A stretch of 64,000 bases of DNA from a virus. Below, one piece after another: positions 1 to 7,863 of the stretch. Each line of letters opens with the position of its first letter. Position 1 is the stretch's first letter. The position numbers and the translations under genes were made by a program. The notes beneath the pieces are model-generated. The model was not told the origin of the DNA and did no database searches. It was given only the letters and a program-made list of their open reading frames with translations. The stretch is taken from positions 16,012 through 80,011 of IMG/VR virus record IMGVR_UViG_3300023181_000028, one strand, 5' to 3'.

Positions 1-2
1 AA

Positions 3-497
3 TATCCATTCAATAAATTCATTACAGAAGATCAGGTTAAAAACATTTGCCATAAATGGAACTTGGTTTGCGGAGAAGTTAACAGATTTAAAGGATTTGT
101 TCCTGAAAAGAACCTTAAAGAAATTGAGAATTTTGTTATAAAAAATAATGATTCGGACGTTTATTTATACGCCTTTGGATCGCAGTTTTATACTGAATCC
201 GAATGTATTGAATTAGGCTATTGGGAAAGAAATTTTGATGAATACACTTCTTATAAAAAAGACCCTCAAAACACAAAAAGTACCAGATTTCAAATAAAAT
301 CTTCTACTCTTCAAATTTGCGCTCCTGTAAAAGATATGGATATAAGAGGATTAGAACTTGTAGAAGGGTATAAACTTCAAAAGAAACATATACCTGATCC
401 GGTAGTACTTCAACCTGTGAAAGGCGGTTATCTTATCCTTACGGCTTGGGGTGACGAGGCAAGTGATGAAAATGTTGTTAACTCTATAAACAATTAA
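3..497 (+). CDS. hypothetical phage protein, 5'-truncated by window edge
   Basis: Frame is open from position 3 (YPFNKF...) to the stop at 497; C-terminal DPVVLQPV..GYLI..AW motif. Confidence 0.75.
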   Translation, partial: YPFNKFITEDQVKNICHKWNLVCGEVNRFKGFVPEKNLKEIENFVIKNNDSDVYLYAFGSQFYTESECIELGYWERNFDEYTSYKKDPQNTKSTRFQIKSSTLQICAPVKDMDIRGLELVEGYKLQKKHIPDPVVLQPVKGGYLILTAWGDEASDENVVNSINN

Positions 498-499
498 TC

Positions 500-1507
500 A
501 TGAACCAAGAATTAATAACATCTAATCCAAAGTTGGCAAAAGACCTTGCTATTGTCACTGAATTAAAAACTCAATTAGACGAAGCCGCAAGCCAATTAAG
601 CCTCATTAAGGTGGTGGACACAGGTACACTATCAGTGGCACAACAAAACATCTCTAAAGCCACGCAATTAGTGAATTTTGTGGAAGAGAAACGTGTGATT
701 ATTAAGGAGCCTTACTTATCCGCCGGAAAACTTGTAGACAAAACTTGTAAAGACTTAGTGGAAGAACTTGTTAAGTCTATCGCAGGAGCCAAGAAACAGA
801 TATTAGAATGGGAAGCTGCCCGAAAAGCAGAAGAAGCCGCTAAACAAGCAGAGATTGATCGTGTTGCCGCCGAAGAGAAAGCTAAACTACAAGCAGAAGC
901 AGATCGTAAACAAGCCATTCAAGACTACATCACAGATGTAATGGTACCAAAGCTTATTAAAATGACTGAGCAATGCACAACTGTGGAACTCTGCGAAAAG
1001 GCTTTGAATAACATCAATGCTAATTTCAAACCAAAAGAATATTTTGAACACCTGGCGGATCATGCTTATGATATCAAAGACAGATATGTTGAGATTATTA
1101 AGTCCAAAAAAACTCAATTAGAGAGCGCTGACACACTTTCTGACTCAGAGAAGGAATTAGCCAAGCAGAAGCAGGAAATGGCCGAGGAGAAGGCTAGAAT
1201 GGCGGAGAGAGAAGCTAAAGTTAAAGCCGCTGAGGACAAGATCAAATTAGAGAACGAACAGAAGCAAAAAGATTTAGAAGCGGAAGAGGCTAAGAGATTA
1301 GCAGAACAAATGTCTTCCCTGAATAAGACTAAAGGCATTCGTTACAATTGGGGATTTGAATTAGCGGATATTAAGAAGGTTCCGGCGGAATGGTTAACTA
1401 TTGATGAAGCTAAAGTTAAATCCTATATCAAAGAGAATAAGGATAGCCTTAAAGAGGGAGTTGTCAACGGAGTTAAATTTATTAAAACACCATCAGTGAC
1501 AGCGTAA
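500..1507 (+). CDS. coiled-coil protein with Gam/Gp157-like C-terminus (recombination-associated)
   Basis: Long E/K/A coiled coil; ends VPAEWLTIDEAKVKSYIK..VNGVKF. Confidence 0.5.
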   Translation: MNQELITSNPKLAKDLAIVTELKTQLDEAASQLSLIKVVDTGTLSVAQQNISKATQLVNFVEEKRVIIKEPYLSAGKLVDKTCKDLVEELVKSIAGAKKQILEWEAARKAEEAAKQAEIDRVAAEEKAKLQAEADRKQAIQDYITDVMVPKLIKMTEQCTTVELCEKALNNINANFKPKEYFEHLADHAYDIKDRYVEIIKSKKTQLESADTLSDSEKELAKQKQEMAEEKARMAEREAKVKAAEDKIKLENEQKQKDLEAEEAKRLAEQMSSLNKTKGIRYNWGFELADIKKVPAEWLTIDEAKVKSYIKENKDSLKEGVVNGVKFIKTPSVTA

Positions 1508-1783
1508 ATGCCTAAACGCCTCTTTATACCCCCTGAGTTATTAGCCCTTAATCCTACGCTTGAATTAAAGGAAATAAGGGCTATTATACAGGTGATATTT
1601 AAGTCTAAAAATAATATCCTCAGGAACTCTACAATAGTGGATATAAAGATTCCGGGAATAGGCAGGATTAAATCTCATGGGAATAAGAAGAAGAACAATA
1701 GTAAAGCATTAACAAAAGACAAGCGGCGAAAACGACTTGAAAGAAGGAAAAAAGAACTAACAATTGAATATTTATTATTTTAA
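1508..1783 (+). CDS. basic HU/IHF-like DNA-binding protein
   Basis: Helix followed by IKIPGIGRIK (HU beta-arm-like); K/R-rich tail. Confidence 0.4.
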   Translation: MPKRLFIPPELLALNPTLELKEIRAIIQVIFKSKNNILRNSTIVDIKIPGIGRIKSHGNKKKNNSKALTKDKRRKRLERRKKELTIEYLLF

Positions 1784-1795
1784 AAAACAACAAAC

Positions 1796-1981
1796 ATGAC
1801 AAAACAAGAAGCTATTTCAGCAATTTACAATGGTAATTTAGTGGAATGTACAAAGGAACAGTATCCAGAAATAAGAACCGCTTTACAAGATAAAGCAGGA
1901 GAAATGGTTGATTCAGGAGACGGATTAAGGGCAATGATGATGTTAGAAGAAGTGAGAAGGTTAGATAAATTATATAACTAA
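1796..1981 (+). CDS. hypothetical protein (weak similarity to portal residues ~601-630)
   Basis: ORF in operon context; see findings. Confidence 0.65.
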   Translation: MTKQEAISAIYNGNLVECTKEQYPEIRTALQDKAGEMVDSGDGLRAMMMLEEVRRLDKLYN

Positions 1982-2005
1982 CTTGCAAAATAATACAATG
2001 TTGCA

Positions 2006-2013
2006 TATATTTA
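2006..2013 (+). promoter_or_regulatory. Bacteroidota sigma-A-type -7 element (TATATTTA)
   Basis: TAnnTTT(G/A) in intergenic gap, TTGC ~23 bp upstream, ahead of 2049. Confidence 0.5.
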
Positions 2014-2048
2014 CAAACAAATACATAAACCAATAAAACAAAACAATT

Positions 2049-2831
2049 ATGCCAAGAGAAAATCCAAACGGAGATCGTTTACAAAATCCTGCAAAATTTT
2101 TCTACTCGTGGAGTTCCGATGACGGATGCTTCAAGTATTACGACAAGGAAACTAAGAAAAATGTCAGCGTAGAAGTGACAGCTAAGAAGCCTTTTGTCTT
2201 CCTGCCATTAGATGTTCTTTCAACAGTTAAAGGTTACTGCGAAGCGGATAAATCAGGTTATACAGCCAACGAAGTTCGCGATATCACTAAAGATATTCTA
2301 ACAGTTAATACGTGGAGTAACGGTAAGTCAAACCTAAAAGCCTCAGGAATCTGGTCTAACATAAAAGATAAAATCAAAGCTGGCGGAGGTAAATTCTCAG
2401 TTAGTATTTACGCGGCAATGAAAAGCTCAGATGGATTTGATATTGTAAACATCCAAATGTACGGAGCCGCGCTTAACGCATGGATTGACCATGCCAAAGA
2501 GAACAATATTTATGAAAGCGCCATTGCTATTCGTAAAAGTGAAGAGAAGAAGAAAGGAAAGATTGTATGGACTGTGCCAGTATTAGAGAAGCTAGATGTT
2601 ACGCAAAAGACTGATGATGCTGCCGGAGAGCTTCAAAAAGAATTAAAGGTGTATCACACAGCCTATTTTGCTAAGAATGCTTCTAGTGTCCCGCAAACGG
2701 CTCAGGAAGAGACTAAATCGGAACCTGCTAAGGAAACTAAGTCAGGTAGATCTTCAAAGAAAGAAGAGCCGGAAGAGGAACAGGCTATGGATATTGATTT
2801 GGGTGAAGATATAGACGAAGTTCCGTGGTAA
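2049..2831 (+). CDS. putative ssDNA-binding/recombination protein
   Basis: Beta-rich core, acidic tail ending DIDEVPW; next to a NinB-like gene. Confidence 0.5.
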   Translation: MPRENPNGDRLQNPAKFFYSWSSDDGCFKYYDKETKKNVSVEVTAKKPFVFLPLDVLSTVKGYCEADKSGYTANEVRDITKDILTVNTWSNGKSNLKASGIWSNIKDKIKAGGGKFSVSIYAAMKSSDGFDIVNIQMYGAALNAWIDHAKENNIYESAIAIRKSEEKKKGKIVWTVPVLEKLDVTQKTDDAAGELQKELKVYHTAYFAKNASSVPQTAQEETKSEPAKETKSGRSSKKEEPEEEQAMDIDLGEDIDEVPW

Positions 2832-2832
2832 T

Positions 2833-3279
2833 ATGAACCTAGACATTAAACATCATGGTAGGATAGTAGACGGCAAAAAGCAGTACTACAACCGTGAACT
2901 ATACATGGATCAGATAGCCGCGCTGAATGGTAAAGAATTTGTAGAGATCATTAAGGAGAAGCACGTTAAGCCCTCCACAGATCAACATGGATACTATCGC
3001 GCGGCTATCCTTATCACTTGCTATAAAACAGAAATGTTTAATTCTCTGGATAATAAAGATTGTGTACACGATGACTACTTCGCCCCTAAATTCTTAGGTT
3101 ATTACAAGCCCGTTACAGTGAGCGGAAGGACAACCGAGCATTTCAAAGTGCGGAGTCTGGCCGATCTGAATAAGGATGAAATGACTGAATTTATTAATAG
3201 AGTTTTGGCGGAGTGTGAAGAATTGGGAATAAGCTGCCCTCAGCCTGAGGAATATTACCAAAAATATTATCAACGATGA
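2833..3279 (+). CDS. NinB-like recombination protein
   Basis: S.DQHGYY and SLADLNKDEMTEFINRV..E.GI..P motifs. Confidence 0.6.
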   Translation: MNLDIKHHGRIVDGKKQYYNRELYMDQIAALNGKEFVEIIKEKHVKPSTDQHGYYRAAILITCYKTEMFNSLDNKDCVHDDYFAPKFLGYYKPVTVSGRTTEHFKVRSLADLNKDEMTEFINRVLAECEELGISCPQPEEYYQKYYQR

Positions 3280-3581
3280 AAATAGAAAAGTACTCATTTA
3301 AGCGCCACTATGTAAAGTCTTATAATAAGTGGCAATATAAGGTTGCAAAATTAGCTAAGTTGACATTAAAGGAATCTTTTTATGTAGAATTAGATTTCTT
3401 TACTAATGGCGATATTAAATGTGGGGACGTTGTAAGATTTGACAACCATTTACAGGCTAGGATAGAAGAGAAGATTGGAGATAAATGTAAATGCTTCTTT
3501 TTTACAGAAATTCCCGTGAATGAATTTGATTACGTATTCAATTCAGTATATGTAATAGCACGAATGTTTAACGAATATTAA
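3276..3581 (+). CDS. hypothetical beta-rich protein (possible stand-alone capsid insertion-domain relative)
   Basis: GDVVRFD..QARI...VIARMFNE; see findings. Confidence 0.65.
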   Translation: MKIEKYSFKRHYVKSYNKWQYKVAKLAKLTLKESFYVELDFFTNGDIKCGDVVRFDNHLQARIEEKIGDKCKCFFFTEIPVNEFDYVFNSVYVIARMFNEY

Positions 3582-3593
3582 ATCTCAAAAACT

Positions 3594-3833
3594 ATGGCAA
3601 TAGTAAAAGACAGTTACACTCACACTGTAACACACAACAAAAAGAAACTGGCAATAACAGTGAATGTTTATGATGAACCATGTCTACGCAATCAGGTGAA
3701 TGATTTTCACACCCATGTACATGTGAGTCATTTAGGCAAAACATGGGGAGAATGCTTCCTTCCTGAGCCAGTGGAAAATCCTGAGCAAACCGCGCGGGAA
3801 ACTATTAAAATACTAGACAAAATTAAACTGTGA
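3594..3833 (+). CDS. hypothetical protein
   Basis: ORF with coupled stop/start. Confidence 0.7.
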   Translation: MAIVKDSYTHTVTHNKKKLAITVNVYDEPCLRNQVNDFHTHVHVSHLGKTWGECFLPEPVENPEQTARETIKILDKIKL

Positions 3834-4168
3834 ACTTAACAAAGAACCCTAGATTAAGGGAGAAGATACTTGAGCGTCTTAAAGAACTGGATTACACCCA
3901 AAGCTTTCTTATTAAGGATGCCTCGGAGAGAAACATGGATATTAAGCCTGAGAGACTTTCCCGATATCTAAAGAACAAATCCGGCGGATTAACAGAAGAT
4001 CAATTGTTATGGGTGGCTACAAGACTAGGTATATTCCTTAACATTAACTTTGGAAACTTAGTTGTGGAAGAGGGAGTGGCTAAGTTTGTTATCCCGCCTT
4101 ACAATGAATTAGAGATAATTAAAAAATTGAAATTAATATTTCCACCTAAAATTAAAACAGATGATTAA
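3830..4168 (+). CDS. XRE/Cro-like HTH DNA-binding protein
   Basis: RLKELDYTQSFL...IKPERLSRYLK...LT...L..VA..LGI pattern. Confidence 0.6.
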   Translation: MNLTKNPRLREKILERLKELDYTQSFLIKDASERNMDIKPERLSRYLKNKSGGLTEDQLLWVATRLGIFLNINFGNLVVEEGVAKFVIPPYNELEIIKKLKLIFPPKIKTDD

Positions 4169-4529
4169 CATTTATGTAGTACTGGCAATTCTATTCATCC
4201 ATTGGATAGCGGATTTTATTTGTCAAAATGATTGGCAGGCTAAGAATAAGAGCAAGCGATTAGACGCTTTGTTATTACATACATTGACGTATAGCATGAT
4301 ATGGTTTATTCCTTGCGTGGCATACATTTGCGAAAACAAACATAATTTTAGTTATTTCTTTTTCATCCCAATTACATTTGTTTGCCACACAATTACCGAT
4401 TACTTCACAAGTAGATTAAATTCAAAGCTTTGGTCGGAAGGTAAGATTCATTGGTTCTTTGTAAGTGTTGGATTCGATCAAATCCTCCACTACGTTCAAT
4501 TATTATTAACCTATCAATTACTTAAATAA
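4161..4529 (+). CDS. DUF3307-like membrane protein
   Basis: HWIADF.CQ, H..TY, H..TD, GFDQILH motifs with TM segments. Confidence 0.7.
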   Translation: MINIYVVLAILFIHWIADFICQNDWQAKNKSKRLDALLLHTLTYSMIWFIPCVAYICENKHNFSYFFFIPITFVCHTITDYFTSRLNSKLWSEGKIHWFFVSVGFDQILHYVQLLLTYQLLK

Positions 4530-4738
4530 TGGGATTTTTTAATTTTGATTCCGACGAGGATAGTGATTTCAGGAAATATTCTGAAAAATATAAAGAGATA
4601 ACAGGAATTGAATATAGCGGGGATAATATTCACGATCTTAAGCGTCGAATAGAATCTGAAATTGACGGAGGATGGACTTCAATGAGGGAAGAAGGTAATT
4701 TAAATGAACTTTTAAGTAAAATAAAAGACAATGAGTAA
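4529..4738 (+). CDS. hypothetical protein
   Basis: Coupled ORF. Confidence 0.65.
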   Translation: MGFFNFDSDEDSDFRKYSEKYKEITGIEYSGDNIHDLKRRIESEIDGGWTSMREEGNLNELLSKIKDNE

Positions 4739-5060
4739 TTTTAGATGGCAGGCATTTAAGTCAACGGTTAAAGCGTGGTTCAATTTTAATTTTACGCACT
4801 GGATTAATCATTACTATTTAATCAAAGGGAATTTAGAAAGAGAAGATGCGAGGCTTAAAAAAGAAGAACTTGATAAAAAACTAACTGATGATAATTTTGC
4901 TGCCATTGTAAGGGATTTCTCATTTGAAGATAGCAAAGATCCGAAAATGACAGATTCATATAGGTGGGTTAGAAAAGAAGAAGAGGATGAAAATAACCAC
5001 TTCTTTAAATTGTACGGAAAAAGTTATTGGTTTCATGTATTTAAAAGCAAAAAAAGATAA
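4731..5060 (+). CDS. hypothetical protein (C-half weakly resembles portal N-terminus)
   Basis: Coupled ORF; see findings. Confidence 0.65.
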   Translation: MSNFRWQAFKSTVKAWFNFNFTHWINHYYLIKGNLEREDARLKKEELDKKLTDDNFAAIVRDFSFEDSKDPKMTDSYRWVRKEEEDENNHFFKLYGKSYWFHVFKSKKR

Positions 5061-5647
5061 TGGCGAAGAAACCAAGTAATAATTTCACTGAGGAGTTTTT
5101 TATTCAAAAGGGATTTTTACCTGATGGAAAAGGTGGGTGGAGTAGAGGTCCAATTGCATCCGAATACATACGTGAAAAGAAAGGAGAGTTAATTGCTAAA
5201 GAAAAGGTTATTGAAACTCCCGATTTTACAATTAAACCTGTGACTGAGTGGTGGATCGGCACACAGGTTCCATCAAAAAAGAACTGCCAGCAATTATTCG
5301 TTACAAGAACCAAACTAGGCAAGTATATACCAGGAACAACTACATCACAACGCTATAAAGATTACATTACAGCCACTAAAAACTATTGGACTGCGTTCGG
5401 CAAGGAATTTAGAAAATCCGTCCTTTTATTAGGCTTAAAAGAGCCGCTTCACGTAGAGTTTACATTCGTAAGGTCAACTCAACAAGTTATGGATTACGTG
5501 GGGCCTTTAGAGTCCGTACAGGATATTATGCAGGATTATGATTGGATAGACGGGGACGACTACAAGAGATTAAAGCCTTTCTTAGGAGATATAGAGGTGG
5601 ATAATAACAATCCGGGAGTACGTATTAAACTTTTAACCAACAAATAA
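5060..5647 (+). CDS. RusA-like Holliday junction resolvase
   Basis: VPSKKN motif; D....SVQD.M......DD acidic set; C-terminal NPGVRIKL. Confidence 0.65.
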   Translation: MAKKPSNNFTEEFFIQKGFLPDGKGGWSRGPIASEYIREKKGELIAKEKVIETPDFTIKPVTEWWIGTQVPSKKNCQQLFVTRTKLGKYIPGTTTSQRYKDYITATKNYWTAFGKEFRKSVLLLGLKEPLHVEFTFVRSTQQVMDYVGPLESVQDIMQDYDWIDGDDYKRLKPFLGDIEVDNNNPGVRIKLLTNK

Positions 5648-5648
5648 T

Positions 5649-5825
5649 ATGAAAACAATCTATTTTAAAAACGGAACAAGTGTTAAGGTGCCGCAAGTAA
5701 TAGTTAATTCTATATTTACCAAAAAAAATCTCGGACAGGCTACAAATGTTTTCGAGTCGTTTAGCGAAGATTCTGTAAATATAGACCTTGTGATTAATGT
5801 AAATGAAATAAGTCACGTTGAGTAA
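5649..5825 (+). CDS. small hypothetical protein (58 aa, not in ORF track)
   Basis: MKTIYFKNG...ISHVE fills the gap; stop overlaps next ATG. Confidence 0.65.
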   Translation: MKTIYFKNGTSVKVPQVIVNSIFTKKNLGQATNVFESFSEDSVNIDLVINVNEISHVE

Positions 5826-6244
5826 TGGGAGAGTTCCGGCCATATCCAAAACAAGGCGCTAAACCAAAGAAAGAACCCAAGCCTCTTAAAAGAACTGCTA
5901 TTAAGAAGAAGGTTAAAAGCACCGGAGAAAAATCAGTTTTCGAAGAGGTCCTAGACGATATCCCTTATGACGGGCCGACAAGATGTTTTGTATGTAATAA
6001 GCAGATATCAGTGGTGACGCATCATAATTTTAGCCATATTTTGAGCAAAGGGAAGTATCCATTGTTCCGCCTTAAGCCTGAAAATATTAAAATTATGTGT
6101 TTTAATTTCGTGGCGGTTAACGGAGACCAGGGATGCCATTATAACTATGATTTTAAGCCTCGTAGCGAACTTAAAGAAGAGATGTGGCAAAAGGTGTTTG
6201 AATTAGAGGAACGGCTTAAGAATGAATATAAACAACTAAAATAA
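5825..6244 (+). CDS. NinG/HNH-like nuclease
   Basis: CxxC...HILSKG.YP..R...ENI...CH. Confidence 0.6.
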   Translation: MGEFRPYPKQGAKPKKEPKPLKRTAIKKKVKSTGEKSVFEEVLDDIPYDGPTRCFVCNKQISVVTHHNFSHILSKGKYPLFRLKPENIKIMCFNFVAVNGDQGCHYNYDFKPRSELKEEMWQKVFELEERLKNEYKQLK

Positions 6245-6249
6245 CTAAC

Positions 6250-6498
6250 ATGAGAAACAGGACTCCAAGAAAAACAAAAAAGCAATTAGGTAAAATGTTA
6301 ATAATTTACGATAGAGCAGTGCTGCCGATTAACTTATCAATGTTAGACGTTCTAAATAGATTTAAAGACCACAAAGTTTTAGAGTGGGACTCAAGTGCGG
6401 CTGGTAACGTTAGTTGCATGAATATAATGAGTAGGCCAGTAATAATGAATTATAGGAAAGGATTTCAAATAAAAAACAATTCCTTACAAAATCTGTAA
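6250..6498 (+). CDS. portal-fragment protein (paralog of portal residues ~435-478)
   Basis: YDRA..PIN...E.DSSAAGN.S..N: 18/39 ungapped identities with the 46873..49098 product. Confidence 0.8.
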   Translation: MRNRTPRKTKKQLGKMLIIYDRAVLPINLSMLDVLNRFKDHKVLEWDSSAAGNVSCMNIMSRPVIMNYRKGFQIKNNSLQNL

Positions 6499-6536
6499 TA
6501 AAACCCACAACCTTTAAATCCTTACAAAAAATGTAT
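6484..6536. repeat. paired TTACA-N5-TGTAA palindromes, 38 bp period (pair 1)
   Basis: TTACAAAATCTGTAA at 6484; TTACAAAAAATGTAT at 6522 (1 mismatch). Confidence 0.75.
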
Positions 6537-6722
6537 AAATCAGAGAAGTTAATAGAGGAGTTGATCTCCGCCGGAATAATAACAGATAAGCTCTGTGACA
6601 AGGTTAAGGCCAGATTAATAATAAGACAAACCCTGATTGAAATACATAATGAGGCAGTACTTGAAACTGTTATGGCTCACAATAAAGCAACGTTTGTAGC
6701 CCCTCAATATTTAGATAAGTAA
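6531..6722 (+). CDS. hypothetical protein
   Basis: ORF in operon. Confidence 0.6.
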   Translation: MYKSEKLIEELISAGIITDKLCDKVKARLIIRQTLIEIHNEAVLETVMAHNKATFVAPQYLDK

Positions 6723-6740
6723 CCAATAAAAACAAATAAT

Positions 6741-6974
6741 ATGTCAAAGAAAAAATGTACAAAATGCGGAAAGGTTCGCCCCGAATACCAATACAGATGC
6801 GATTGTGGCGGGAGCAATTATTCTTTAACTAGCAAGGACAGTTCAAGTTATAGCACTTCATTTGACTATTCAAGTGATAGTAATGGATCATCTAATTCTA
6901 GCGATAGCAGCAGTAGCTCATTTGATTTCGGTGGCGGCGAAAGCGGCGGCGCTGGATCGGGAGGAGATTTTTAG
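6741..6974 (+). CDS. Zn-ribbon protein with Ser/Gly-rich tail
   Basis: CTKC...CDC; ends SSSSFDFGGGESGGAGSGGDF. Confidence 0.65.
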   Translation: MSKKKCTKCGKVRPEYQYRCDCGGSNYSLTSKDSSSYSTSFDYSSDSNGSSNSSDSSSSSFDFGGGESGGAGSGGDF

Positions 6975-7000
6975 TAATTAATAAATAAAAACAACCATAT

Positions 7001-7456
7001 ATGAGTAAATTTGAATTACCAGCTAATTTCCCTAAAGCAAGAAGGGGTAGCGTTATCCTTAAACAGGTGATACAGGGGACTTCCATCACTGACGGAGGTA
7101 TTATCCTTGCAGATGCCGCCGAGAACGTCCAGCGCCCTAATGTAGGTATTATATACGCCACAGGAGAAGGCGTAGGAGAAGATCTAGCCCCTGGAATGAA
7201 AGTGTATTACAATCAATACGCCAACCTTGAGCTTCATATCAATGGCCGTCCTTATTTCATGATGCATGACGCGGATATCTATTGCATATTGGATGATGAG
7301 AATCGCGTGGCTAATATCATTAAGCCAAAAGATGAAGTTCGCAGAGGTAAAAAGATCACCCAGCAGGCAGGAATGGTTAAGAGATTAGCTGTTAAAAGCG
7401 CTAACGACAAAGACAAAAGAGAAGAAACCTACAAAAAAATAATCAAGAAGAAATGA
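7001..7456 (+). CDS. groES: GroES/Cpn10-like co-chaperonin with basic C-terminal extension
   Basis: T.GGIIL mobile loop, G.I.ATGEG, PG.KVYYNQY, ING..Y..M...DI. Confidence 0.75.
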   Translation: MSKFELPANFPKARRGSVILKQVIQGTSITDGGIILADAAENVQRPNVGIIYATGEGVGEDLAPGMKVYYNQYANLELHINGRPYFMMHDADIYCILDDENRVANIIKPKDEVRRGKKITQQAGMVKRLAVKSANDKDKREETYKKIIKKK

Positions 7457-7785
7457 AAACTATCCAAAATCAAAAGCTAGTGTACATCACTAAAGAACCC
7501 AACGCTACAATGACGGCTATTGAGGATAAGCACAATGACTCTGATTATTTTAAACTAATAGAAGAGTCTTGTAACAGACCTACTAACCCTCAAGTGGGAT
7601 TTACATACGATGACATTAAAAGTATTGACAGGGTTAAAAAGGCTATTAAAGCCGCTAAGAAAGAGGTGATGAGCGTGGAGGATAAAGACTTTGAATTTAT
7701 TAAATCCCGCGTGGAAACTAAATCATGGGTGTCATCATCTATTGAAATAGCAGACTTTGTAGACTACATCAAAGGAATTAAATAA
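7453..7785 (+). CDS. hypothetical protein
   Basis: Last gene before bidirectional terminator. Confidence 0.7.
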   Translation: MKTIQNQKLVYITKEPNATMTAIEDKHNDSDYFKLIEESCNRPTNPQVGFTYDDIKSIDRVKKAIKAAKKEVMSVEDKDFEFIKSRVETKSWVSSSIEIADFVDYIKGIK

Positions 7786-7804
7786 CAATACACGCACACA
7801 AAGT

Positions 7805-7839
7805 AAAAAGCCTCCCTATTAACTTAAGGAGGCTTTTTT
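7805..7839. terminator. bidirectional intrinsic terminator
   Basis: AAAAAGCCTCC-loop-GGAGGCTTTTTT between convergent blocks. Confidence 0.85.
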
Positions 7840-7863
7840 AATTAGATTATATAAATTTACATT

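Noticed and set aside
4529-4738. Possible terminase or portal fragment (ITGI, GNL.E matches)
   Set aside because: Only 3-4 residue matches; no convincing terminase-derived mini-ORF found in the window
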